64,000 nt of DNA from contig JAKMXF010000133.1 in the NCBI GenBank assembly GCA_024704765.1, positions 372,001 to 436,000 of the forward strand, in the 5' to 3' direction. The notes beneath the pieces are model-generated. The model did no database searches. It was not told the DNA's origin and saw only the letters and a program-made list of their open reading frames with translations. The translations under genes were made by a program, and so were the position numbers. Shown here in pieces: positions 1 through 11,800 of this stretch. The number at the start of each line of letters is the position of its first letter. Position 1 is the first letter of the stretch. The DNA is from Oopsacas minuta (lineage: Eukaryota; Animalia; Porifera).

Positions 1-2511
1 GAGCTGTAAGGTTAAGCTTATTCACTTCATCAGTTATCTCTTCTCTACTCCTCTCATATCCTGTTTGTAGGTCTGCTAATATCCTCTCATGATCGTATTG
101 GCATCTCTTTACTTCCTCCTCAAGCAGTAGACATCTAGAAGCGACAAATCAGAGTACATAATAATTATACGTATTTGGCCATATAAGGAGGTGTATTATA
201 AAGCATGAATACCAACCCATCTAATAGTATTATAGAATATCACTAGCCTGGAGTTGAGCTGCTCGTTAGTTTGCTTGTACTCCTGTTCTGAACCAGCTAA
301 ACTCTGATACTGATTCTTCAATTGTGTGAATTTCTTCATATTAGATCTATGCTGTATAATCTCTTTATGTAGTTCTGATACTTGTAGCTTCATCTGGAGT
401 ATAGCAAGGTGTTATATGTTATAATGTAATAACTAGTAAATGTATACATTACCTCTTGTAGCTGGTCCTCAAGTTGTTCTTTGTTCTTCAAACTTCCTGA
501 CAGCTCAGATTGTAGAATTAGAATCTTATCTTGACTCTGTTCTAGCTGGAGAGAGAATTCAGTTTCCCTACCAGATATAACAGCTTCTAACTCTGTAACT
601 TTAGTTTCTAGAATTATTCTATTCTCTTGTAACTCGCCTATCTTAGCCCATTCACTCTCCTTAACAAATTGTATCTTCTCTGCGGTTATTCTCTCCTGAT
701 CTCTGCTCTTATTCTCATTAGCGATCAGCTGTTCATCCAGATCAGAAATTTGATCAGCTAAACTGCGAATCTAGATACAACTTGCATAGCAACAACATTA
801 GGCACTAGGAATTCAATATACATACCTTAACAGTTAGCTTCCCATGTGTCTCATCCATTTCTCCAACTCTCATTTCATTCTGCATTCTAACCTCAGTAAT
901 TTCCATTTTATGCTTATGAGCCATCTCTTCTAACTGGTTAAGTGCTTCGCTCAGATTTTCCTTGACCTTACCTGATTCTTTTACAGTCTCCTGTAGCTGA
1001 TTACGAGTACGAGTTAGTTCTGTTTGTGTACGTTCCACTTGTAGAGATAGGGTTGCCTTCTCTGCTTCCAGAGAGCTGACATGTATCATCGTGTCTGTCA
1101 GCTGTGATTTTATCTGCTGACCTAGCTCCTCAGTCTGTACCAGTCTATATAGAACAGGTCAAAGCCTAACTTACACACTAAAACAAGCCCAATTTCGGTA
1201 ATGAAGATAAGACAGATATTCAAGATATACATTGAATCCATAAATATCCATAAATTACACTCGGCTTCTTGCTAATGATATAAATTATTATTGGAAATAT
1301 AATACAATGCAGTATTTCCATTGATCCATGGTGTATGTAGATAACGGGACCGAAATACAGTCCAGCAGGACATTTCCATATTATCAACTCGTGTGTAGCG
1401 ACCAGTGCCTTATGGTGCTGTTATTAGCTGGGTTAAATATACTTATTGGTCTGGTAGCGGCAGCCTATAATGAATTAGGGAATTTGATACGTTGTTCTCA
1501 CTCTAGGCGTGTTTATCCTTAAGAGACATTTCTCAAATTATACGCATTACTTCGTATATTTGATTAGATATTAACTTACACTTGGGGAACTAACGGTAAC
1601 TACAAACTAAGTATCCACGCTAAATACACGAATAAAGTAATTACCTTTCATCTCCTTGTTCCCGATATACATCTAGATCAGCCTGTATAGAAGATATCTT
1701 CTGTTTAAGATGAGCATTCTCTCTAGCAACAACTCTCATCTCTTTAGCATCAATCTCTGTCTCAGAGCTAAGTCTAGTTAGCAGCTGATCCCTCTCTTTC
1801 TTAAGCCGGCAAATTTCTATCACATGCTTTCTCTCGGTTTCCTCAACAATAGCATTCCTACGACCAACTTCATGCTCGTATTCACTCTTTAAAAACGTGT
1901 AGTTATATCTGCAAATATGGATTCAATACATATTTAAACATTTTCCCGTTAATAAGTAATGTAAATGCGGATATAGATAAATTATTTCCAGTAAATGTAC
2001 TACTCATGCAAATCTACTCAACTTGCTACATATCGATAGATGTCTGCGTTTGTATTTTAACTAATCTTTTAGCTAATAAATTGCTAGTAATAGCAAGCAG
2101 ATGAATTAACCTGATTTTACTAAGTTCTTGTCTGAGTTGATCTGATTCGCTAGCTATTCGATCTACTTTTTCTTGAGTAATATGCTCTATCCCCTCTGCT
2201 ATATCAGCTTTCAGTATTTCAATACGCTCCGGAGTCAGCTGATTAGCTCTAAGAGCTTGTATCTGTTCCAATAAAGTTCCTCTCTCAGCTTCCCCTCTAC
2301 CCAATGCATCACGTGCTGTCTGCTGTAAGTGTCCTAGACGAGACTTAATGTTATCATTATCAGCTTTCAGTTTACCATGAACTTGTTGTAAACAGAGATA
2401 TTCAGTCCTTAGGGTCTCTAAGTCAGAGAGGTGTGTCTCTGATACAAGTCGCTCCTCTGCTAGAGCAGTCTTCAGCTCAGTAGATACTCTATCTGGTATA
2501 GTCGGGTCCAT
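1..2511 (-). CDS. CEP83: Centrosomal protein CEP83 (CCDC41) homolog, multi-exon; 3' part runs off the left edge
   Basis: Coiled-coil exons resemble human CEP83: STELKTALAEERL~SEFQKMLIDERL, QLTPERIEILKADI~ILTPQKLELLRAQI, SSLEAEK~RSLEAEK, HKHKMEITEVR~HSNKLEITDIK. ORF pieces 2026-2511, 1641-1823, 805-1089 and 196-393 are separated by short GT-AG introns. Confidence 0.8.
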
Positions 2512-2873
2512 ATATCTCTTGCATACATAATAACAATGAAAAGATTAATTTCCAAAATTTAAATAATTTCTTAAGTTTCCTATGTCTAATAACCGTGTAC
2601 AAATATTGAAGTATAATAAGCTTGTAACCTAACCTGCTATCCAATGCGCTTATTGAATCAAATATATATAATAATTCATATGGAATATCATACGGTGAAA
2701 AGTCTGCCCAATTTCTCCATATAAATAGAATTAAAAGAATCAAATAGAGAGTGCAATTGATACAGATCAATGATTGAAAAGGTCATAGGATTGTGTACTG
2801 GACAAATGTGATCACCAAAATAGAAAATAAATCAAAGTTCACGTAAGATTAATAATATAGAAAAATAATTTTG

Positions 2874-4537
2874 CTAATATATAGCCAAGTCTTCAATTGG
2901 TACAGACTTCAAAGCAAAACTGAGATCATCTGTGCTTATATTTAGATTAATCTTTAGCATTAGTGGCGCATTAGAAGCCCCTTTTGTTAATAGCAATCTG
3001 CTACTAACTAGAGAGTTGAGAGAACGGAGAGCTTCTGGATATGAGGGAGGAGGGATCCCTTGGAAGTGAGCGAGGCTTGTAAGGTTCTGTAATACTGATC
3101 TAACGTGTACTTCTTCTAACCCACTCTCCTTTACAACTGATAGGACTGATCTCAGGAATAACTGCTCAGTTATAGAAGCACTTTTGACTGCCAAGATCTA
3201 ATAAATAAGTAAATAAAATACAGTCAACTCCCGATATGTCGAAGCTGAGATTACTTCGATATTAGTGGAGTTCGATCTAACCAATGAAATATACCTTAAG
3301 AGATGAGAACATTTCACATAGAGCTTTATCTACATCAGTAATTCCTATCTTGTTACTCTGTCCATGTGACATTTCAGTAGCTCTCCTACAGATGTCTAGA
3401 GCTCTTCTCGCGTCTCCTGACACAGCTGCTACTTTTCGCGATACTAGCTCTACAGCTTCAGGATCAAATGCAGGGATCTCTCTCAATCTAGCCTGTATTA
3501 TAGTTTGTAGCTGACGGAATGAATAAGGTTGGAAGATAGTACGAGTCAGACCAATCCTACTGGCAACTCGACCTGCGAAAGCGCGTTCTGGTAGATCCAT
3601 AGTGTTAGCAATAGCTAGTACAGTGAGTTTAGTACCAGGCCGAGCAGTCCAGTCAAATAAATTATATAGAAGTGTTTGTTTGCGTACACAGAGCATATCC
3701 ACCTCATCAAGCAGTACTGCGACCTACACAACGTAACGAATTATCATGCGAATGGTTAATGGATAATTTCACCAAAAATGTTGTGATAAAAATCTTTGCA
3801 AGAAAACTTACAGGTTTCTGTTTTGGCTCTGAGAAATATTCATCTAACATTTTCAAGCATTTATCCGCAGAAATCCTTTTCTTCTGTCCGAATACAGTCA
3901 GAGCTAATCGGGTGTATAAGTGTTCGGGTTGTGATAACTGCATACCGTTAATATGTGAGAAAATAAAATGAGGGATTTTCTTTACCCCTCCGATCTCCTT
4001 CTGGAGTCTTGTTATAACTCCAAGAGATGTAGCTGTCTTTCCTGTACCAGGCACTCCACTTATATACATACATCCTCCTGATTTAGTGGTTAGCTTGCCT
4101 TTTAGAAAACTATAAATGTTAGAAAACTCACTCTCCCTTCCTGGTAGACTATCAGGGATAGAAGATACACGTAGAGACTGTCTAGCAGATTCTAATGAGC
4201 TCGTAACTTGTTTAGGCGTAATGATAGATACAGACTCATCAGAAGAGTAGTCATCAATGGTACCAGTTAAGAGGGTGTGTTTATGTATAGGGGATTTACA
4301 GGGAGACAATTTCAATCTTTTCATAGATTTTCTAGCGATACGGGTTCTAGCAGATGGAGCAACTTTCCGAGTAGGTGTAGGTTTTCCACGTGTTGATCTC
4401 CGTGGCTTATTCGGTAGCTTTTCTTCTGAGCTATCTCTGCTGCCAGAGTATGAATCTGATGAAGGATCTGTTTGCGTGACGTCATCTGATGTGGAGGATA
4501 GCTCATCGATTGTAAAACGCTTGCCACGTAACCTCAT
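2874..4537 (-). CDS. ORC1: Origin recognition complex subunit 1 (AAA+ and winged-helix domains), 3 exons
   Basis: Walker A CMYISGVPGTGKT, Walker B VLLDEVD, IANTMDLPER and SGDARRALDICRRA motifs. Likely ATG at 4537; introns near 3724-3810 and 3198-3295. Confidence 0.93.
3221..3277. mobile_element. MITE family A (TA-CAGTCAACTCCC TIR, pogo/Tc1-mariner-like), internally deleted copy in an ORC1 intron
   Basis: Left TIR cagtcaactcccgatatgtcgaag; degenerate right TIR cttcgatattagtggagttcg; TA on the left flank. Confidence 0.75.
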
Positions 4538-4817
4538 TGCTGGGGTTAAAGTCAATTCTGTAATTATTACAGCAGATTTATGGTGTATAATGTAATCAAG
4601 CAAAAATATGACCAAATTCTACAATTCTCAATACGAATCACCAAAAGCATAACATGCGTTGTGTAGATTAATGATTAAATTTCTAACTAATCGCCAGATT
4701 TACCTAAAACGGTGGAATAATTACAAAAATATCATGCCACCAAAAATTAGGGTTAGAGAATGTAAATTTAAGAATTGATAATTAAATTGGAAAGATTACC
4801 TACAAAATTTTACAAAA

Positions 4818-6800
4818 TTAACGCTTCTTGCGCTTCCAATCAACTCGATTTATTTTTGGGAGATATGATTTAGCAGGTCGTCTCAAGCCCTTTCTCTCTC
4901 TCATCTTTTCCGATTTATTACGAATTTGAGGTTCAGGATTTGGTGTCTGCAGGCTGAACCTGATATCTGCCATTTCATTGAATTCTGTTGGTAAAGGCTC
5001 GTCGGGTAAATTCTTTAATCTAGCTTCGAGTGTTTCTTTAGTTATCTTATGCTTCTGAACGAATTCTATATCTCTACCTTCTTTATATTTAGGAAGGTCT
5101 ACACTCTTTTCTATCTCTTCAACTTCATTATCACTCTCAGAAGATTGAATAAGATAATCCTCCAGAGAAGAATCCTCACTAACTTCTCCTTCTCTCTCAC
5201 TATCAACATTCCCATTAGTTGATTCTTCCCTATTTTTAAGCTTCAACTTTTCCAGTTTTCGTTTCATATTCTTCTGAAATGAAGATATTATTGGATGCAG
5301 GAGTTGATATTCTTCACTGTCTGGATTCATCTCAAAGTCTTGTTGTTGAAACATAGCAGCAAATCTATCATCTCCAAGAGGATTAGAAGTATCTACTGAT
5401 TCGTTACGTCTGTTCTTTTTACTCTGTAACAGTTCTAGAGCAAATTGCTTATTAATTCTGGGCAGTTTCTTCTGTTTAATACGAGTAGCTCGATCTTTCT
5501 CCAACCTCTCTTCAATCTTCTTTTTACGATATTCACTATAAGCGAATGGTTCTGTAATTGATTTAGCTCTCTTGTAAAGTCTGATGTTAATAAAGTAACC
5601 GTGCATGTAAGCTCTAAGGAGATTGGTCCCCTTGAGGTGTGAAAGACCTAGAGTATTCAATTCCTGATCTGTCACAAACTTGTAATCATCGTATACAGAG
5701 GGGGTGGTGTCCTCTTCCAACTCCTCAGTGAGGTTGTCTAAGAAATAACACCATTTAGGGGCTTTACCAATACTGGGGATGTAATAAGCTAGCATTTTAG
5801 CATCAAGACATGCCATTAGTACAAGCCCGGAGTTAGGGAGATAGCATAGATTAGTAACGTCATTTGCTGGCTCTATAGAAACGTAAGGAGCTGCATTGTC
5901 TCTATGCCATAGCTTCAAACATTTGCTATCTGCAGATAATACAAGATTCATATCTTTGTGGAAAGCTATGTCTTTAATTGGTAGCTCATAATTATGATCC
6001 TTAATTATCAGTGGTTTTGTAGATCTGATGTCGTAGAGTAGGACCTGTCCCGAACTTGTACCTACCCCAAGGGAAAGAGCACCGTCGTACTCAAGGGCAG
6101 TCACACCTGGTTTGAAACTGGGCCCTGATCCGAATTCATAAAAAGAATCTGTTAGATGCAATGAACCAGCTCTAACCTTTGATCTCGGATCCCAACATTC
6201 CACTACACCATCTTGGTTACCAACAGCTAGCAGAAAATGGTCAGGGTTAAATGTACAAACATTATTAGAAGATGATTGAGTCAATAAAGGAGACATGAAA
6301 CGACCTAACTCTAAATTAAGTCTGTAAACCTCTGGACTAGCTCCTACCACATGCAGTTCACAGGAGGGAGGATGGTAGGCTATATCTCTACCAAACCTAG
6401 GTACCCTCACTCTAAAATAAGTCCCACTCTTAACATGTAACTCTACATATCTATCAGTCTGAAGGAAAGCTAGCTTAGAATAGTCTTCTGACAAAATACA
6501 GAATTTTAGAACTTCAGAATCTAACCCTCTTTCAAACTTAAGAGACAGCTCATTGACGTCATAACATTTTACACATGGCTTATATACTCCTGTAGCAATA
6601 ATGAAATTACCATCAGGAGATACATTAACCTGACTACTGGACACAGGCATATCAAAATCTTGCAGTAATTGTATTCTCCGTTGCATGTCAGGATTCTTCT
6701 TGAGTAGCTGACGACGTTTGCGCTCGTTTAACCATTCAGGTACTGACTTACCACTCGAAAGGTTGTATACCTTGATTGAATTCGCTGTACTAACTTCCAT
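4818..6800 (-). CDS. NOL10: Nucleolar protein 10 (WD40 repeats, NUC153), intronless
   Basis: True start MEVSTANSIKVYNLSSGKSVPEWL (ATG 6800) matches the NOL10 N-terminus; IQLLQDFDMP, GKAPKWCYFLDNLTEELEE, LRAYMHGYFI, DDRFAAMF. Confidence 0.95.
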   Translation of the reverse strand: MEVSTANSIKVYNLSSGKSVPEWLNERKRRQLLKKNPDMQRRIQLLQDFDMPVSSSQVNVSPDGNFIIATGVYKPCVKCYDVNELSLKFERGLDSEVLKFCILSEDYSKLAFLQTDRYVELHVKSGTYFRVRVPRFGRDIAYHPPSCELHVVGASPEVYRLNLELGRFMSPLLTQSSSNNVCTFNPDHFLLAVGNQDGVVECWDPRSKVRAGSLHLTDSFYEFGSGPSFKPGVTALEYDGALSLGVGTSSGQVLLYDIRSTKPLIIKDHNYELPIKDIAFHKDMNLVLSADSKCLKLWHRDNAAPYVSIEPANDVTNLCYLPNSGLVLMACLDAKMLAYYIPSIGKAPKWCYFLDNLTEELEEDTTPSVYDDYKFVTDQELNTLGLSHLKGTNLLRAYMHGYFINIRLYKRAKSITEPFAYSEYRKKKIEERLEKDRATRIKQKKLPRINKQFALELLQSKKNRRNESVDTSNPLGDDRFAAMFQQQDFEMNPDSEEYQLLHPIISSFQKNMKRKLEKLKLKNREESTNGNVDSEREGEVSEDSSLEDYLIQSSESDNEVEEIEKSVDLPKYKEGRDIEFVQKHKITKETLEARLKNLPDEPLPTEFNEMADIRFSLQTPNPEPQIRNKSEKMRERKGLRRPAKSYLPKINRVDWKRKKR

Positions 6801-7400
6801 CAAATTAATTGAGTAAGTTGTATACAGGAATGTGTAGATAAGCTGAAACCAAATAAACAAAGATAATAACAGGACGGCGAAGTATAATCTTTTAGAAGTT
6901 TTCAAAGAATTTAATCAAAAAGGAAATAATAAAAAGTCACAAATGAGATTTCCCATGCCAAATAACAAAATCAGCTCAATAAGTATTCCCTACTAATTTA
7001 CTAAATATGAGAAAAATCGTTCGGAATCATAAACACATAAAAGAGACGTTTCTAATCATCTAACAAGACCCTGACGAACTAAAAGGATATTTAACAGACT
7101 TTAAATTCTAGGAATTAGCATAAAAGGTAATGAGTTAAGTCTACTTGTCAAAACCCTATTAGAGATCTCGGCTATGAAATTGCTGGTCAGCTAATGTATC
7201 ACCAGATGGTAACTTAGTTGATTCAATATTTATGTTTTCCTAACTAATATTTAAGTACTCAAGAATGCATTGAGTTAGCATTATATTATTAATTCTATAA
7301 ATAAGCTATTTATTGTCAAAATGCGAAGTAGATAAATTATAATAATTATCTTCTAAAAACAATAAACACTCCAACAATGTATGCTGATGTTACACTAATG

Positions 7401-7500
7401 CAGTGGTTCCCAACGTTGTTTACCCGTGAACCCCTATACAAATGTTAACACATTCTGTGGGACCCTGCTGTCGTCCGTCCGTACAAACTCCATACAGTAT
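7401..7500 (+). mobile_element. hAT (Charlie/MER-like) terminal fragment
   Basis: Begins CAGTGGTTCCCAAC, a typical hAT/Charlie TIR; no matching second TIR found; right boundary approximate. Confidence 0.45.
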
Positions 7501-7639
7501 TTCCAGTAAATAAGATTTTATAGATTGTAATCCAGGAGATAATATATTTAATAAATCATATAATTAATGAATAGAAATAATACTGTAATATATAGCAAAA
7601 CTTATGTAACAGAAATGAACATCATATGGAGTGTGTTTA

Positions 7640-8833
7640 TTAAATGAAAATGGGTGAAGCTGTGTCCGTTGGTTTATCAACAACCGCGAGTCCTGCATAG
7701 CTCCTCCCCTGCTTCAGCAATTCGTCACATACTTTCCACTGCCTCAAGAAGGAATCATACATTTCAATCGTATCAAGAGAAGTTGTACCATCATCTCCAC
7801 CTACTACATACAAGAATCCATGTACTACAGTAGCTGCAGCATTCCTTCTACACGTATGCATTGGTGTGGTAGTCAACCAGCAGTCCCTGACAGGATCATA
7901 GCACTCTACAGAGGACCTTATATCCGGACCATCATGTCCTCCTATAACATATAACATATCATCGAGTACAGCTACAGATGCGCCACTACGTTTACACTCC
8001 ATAGAGGCTACAAGTGTCCAAGAGTCACTAGCAGAATCGTACCGTTCTACGGTGTTAAGACATTGTCTAGCATGACCGTCATATCCACCTACAGCATACA
8101 GATATCCTCTTAATACAGCTATACCTACACTAGATCGTCTGGTAGTCATAGGCTCTATCAGAGACCATTTGCCTGATTCTATATGAAACCGTTCTACTGT
8201 CTCTAGTCCATTGGTACCATCAAACCCCCCTACAGCATATATGTACCCATTCATGAGGGCAACGCCTAGCGTGGAGCGTCTTGATGACATGGAAGTGAGG
8301 GTCTCCAGTCTGCTAGTAGGAATGTGTAATCGTTCAATTGACTTAATACGAGTAGTCCCATCAAATCCTCCAACAATAAATAAGTAGTCTTTATACATAG
8401 TAACACCACATCGACATCTACGTTGCGCTAGTTCCCCTACCTGATGAGAACCTGACCCATTCAAATCGTATAATTCTACATTTCTAATAGCCTTGGGTGC
8501 CTGCCCTCCTACAACAAGCAGGACCTTAGGGGGACCTGTCCTCTTCCGAGGTTGACACCTTGGGCTCTCAAATTCCTTCCTCCTTTGTGTAGGTAGTAAA
8601 TGATACTTCATTGCTTCTATGAGCAGATCTTTACAGGTGGGATTAACTTGCATTAGCTCCTCAATATCCACACGGTCCAGGAGATAGTCCTTACTTAGAA
8701 GCAGGAGACGGACATGCTCCAAGAGGGAAGGGAAGAACTCCACTCGATTCTCTCTACACGTAATATTCAATTAATCCACATTCTCCCCTATTACTTATTA
8801 CGTAATATAATTCAAATTAGTTTAATAAAGCCA

Positions 8834-8890
<57 letters not shown>

Positions 8891-11800
8891 TGTATAATTT
8901 TTGCTTCAAATCTGCGCAAAAGAGATCGCGATGACAGTGTAACTTTAACAAACAGGCCTATGGAAACGAGAAACTTCTGGAACCTGAGTGAAAATATCAG
9001 AGCGAATTTAGTCCCATACAAACGAGCCTCCACAAACAGGGAATTAAGCAGAAACGAGGAAACAGAGTATAATTTTTCGGCGTCCCTGCTGCACCCCGTT
9101 TGTGTAGGTTTCACTACTAGCAAAAGTTATTTCTGAAATGTTGTGTTTTAGTAAAACAAATAATCATAATCTGTACAAGTACATTTTACATGCATTCAAT
9201 AGCCATTATTACAGGTTTAGGTTATATCTCAAGCAAAAACAAACTTAAAATAATGTAGAATATGTATAGGTTATATAGATGTAAATCAAAACAATAATAA
9301 TAATTTTCACTATTGTAAAAAATCGATATTTTCCAGATTTCAATTCCCTGTCAGTAGTAATTCCACTCGATGAGGGCATGACAGATGACAAGATAAATCA
9401 TAGCTATGAAGGTGGTGAATAACATCATGGGGAAACCTACTCTAAAGAATTGGAAAAATGTGATTTTGTATCCATTCTGTTCTGCAATCCCGACACATAC
9501 TACATTAGCAGAGGCACCAATTAGAGTACCGTTACCTCCGAGACAGGCACCAAATGCAAGCGCCCAGATAAGCGGTTTAATTGGCAGCGATTCTCCGTCA
9601 TTGCTTGTCTCTGCCATCTTCAAGATGACACCTGTCATAGCTGTCGTGAATGGAATATTATCAATGAAAGAACTAGCCAATGCTGATACCCATAATATGA
9701 GTATTACAGCTACAGCCAGACGGTTAGAGCTATCAACCATCTCAATCAAATCCTTAGTCTTAATACCAATGAACTCAATCAATCCCATCTCTTCTAATGC
9801 TTTCATTAATACAAACAGAGCAGCGAAGAATAGCAGAGTTCCCCACTCTACCTTCTCCAGTAAATGCTCAAAGTCATGAATATCAGCCCAGACAATTAAT
9901 AAGATAGCTCCTAGTAAGCTAGCCCATCCCAAGTCTAAATGTACGCTTGCAGAGGCACTCATGAAGAACATTGAGAGGACAAAGAAGAGGACAATACAAC
10001 ATTTGAAAAGTAAAACCTTATTCGTAATCCGATATTTGTCTTCTAACTCCCTCAAGTTGTCCTTCCACTTATTAGCTGTGCTAGCACCTAGTGCCTCCTC
10101 CTTTATTCGAGCCTGCACTTCCTTAGCTTTCTGCAGGAGAGCATCTTTCACTTGCTTTTCCTCAAGCGTAACGTCACCAATCCGTTTAGCCTGTCTCAGC
10201 CAGATAGCTTTTTCCCTCTTCAATTCAGCAACATGTGGACTATCATTATTCTTAAATACCTTACGGCAATACAATAATCTAAGAAAGAAGAATGCAGCTA
10301 CCATACAGAAGAATATACCGATAGCCATGTGTACTGTAAAGTTAACGAAGTCTATCCCTTCTCGCTTAATTGCCTTGTTAGATACGATAATAACGTTAGG
10401 GGGATCTCCTATAGCAGTCGCAGTACCTCCAATATTAGAGAACATTACTTCAGCCAGGAGAATGGGACGGGGATCAATATTTAAGACCTGACAGAGACGA
10501 ATAGTGACAGGTGTCAATAAGAGAATTGTTGTCACGTTATCTAGAAAAGCGGAAACAACACCAGCAAACATGCAGAGAATAAATATCAGAGGCCAAACCT
10601 TCCCACGAGACAAGCGATACGCTTTAATAGCAAAGTAGTCGAAGAAACCAGTATCAGCAATGATACCAACAATTATCATCATACCAAATAATAAGCAGAC
10701 AGTCTCATAATCAATCCAAGAGATAATCTCTTCCAATTCGGGTCTCTTATCTAGAATAGCTAGAATAGCAATAGCTAAAGTACTGCCTAGCATAGCTGCA
10801 ACAGTTCTATGTACAAACTCGAATATGATCATTGAGTATACGAATAGTAATACAAGAGCAGCGTACAGAATCTCCAAGTTGGGAGAGAACACAACAGATA
10901 ACTTAGCACCGAATGCTACAGTATATTTGCTAGTGGAATAGAAAGCTACTTCAGCAGTGTCATTCACCTGTTGTTGGAATTTCTGTACATGTCTATTAGT
11001 GGAATCTTCTACAGTAAATGAACCATTGTGTGACGTATCTAGTCTTACACAGAATGTAGTAACATTATAACCATCACGCCCGTGCTGCAGTACATTCATG
11101 TATAAAGCGTTTGGTTGGTTGTAGATTTGAGCGCCAGTTCTGGTGCGGGTGTAATTGCATTCATCAGATAAAAACGGACCATTTAACTCAGCTACAAAGT
11201 AGTTACCGTGACTATTAATATCATGAATCTGCGTGACGTAATCTTCCTTTCCTTGTACTGCTATGATATAAGATTCACTCTCTAACTCTGGGAAATAAAC
11301 AAGCAGAATAGCACAACAGAAAATCAGTAGAAACAGGAATGTAGCTAGCGTAAATCGGAATATTTTATGATAATCCTCTTTCGAATTAGGCATACGAATA
11401 ATAGGAATCTTAAACAAACGTTTCTTACTATGCGGCTTTGCTTCAGGCAAGAGAAATTCCTCTTCACCCGAAAAACTCGTCTCCATATGTTTGTTGTCCA
11501 TAGAGATGGTAGTATCCCCAATTGCAGGTCTTTGGAAACTTAAATAAACTTCTTTCTTCCTTTTAAATTGTGAGTCATTCATGATAATTGTAGTCAATTT
11601 TAGTGAGATCGTATATTCTACATATATATACACACAAACACCAGCAGTCTATGAGAAACCTTATCAACAGCAATAAACCCTATCCGAATTAACGAATACC
11701 CTTTAAGCGAGCAGAAACGAAGTCGATAATAAGATCTACAGCATATGTAATTAAATGCATACAGGGTATTAGCAAATATCCAATTACACTAAACCTAAGA

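Noticed and set aside
1328-1522. Small + strand ORF and GC-richer patch in a CEP83 intron
   Set aside because: No motif, splice signals or second copy; cannot be supported as a gene or ncRNA.
8714-9136. ORFs with poly-Asn (+) and poly-Leu (-) tracts
   Set aside because: Both are translations of the (AAT)19 microsatellite plus a MITE inside an intron.
9406-10491. Long antisense ORFs over OCA2 (and similar ones over ORC1, LPCAT-like, CILP-like, PCYT2)
   Set aside because: Shadow ORFs of real CDSs with no recognisable motifs.
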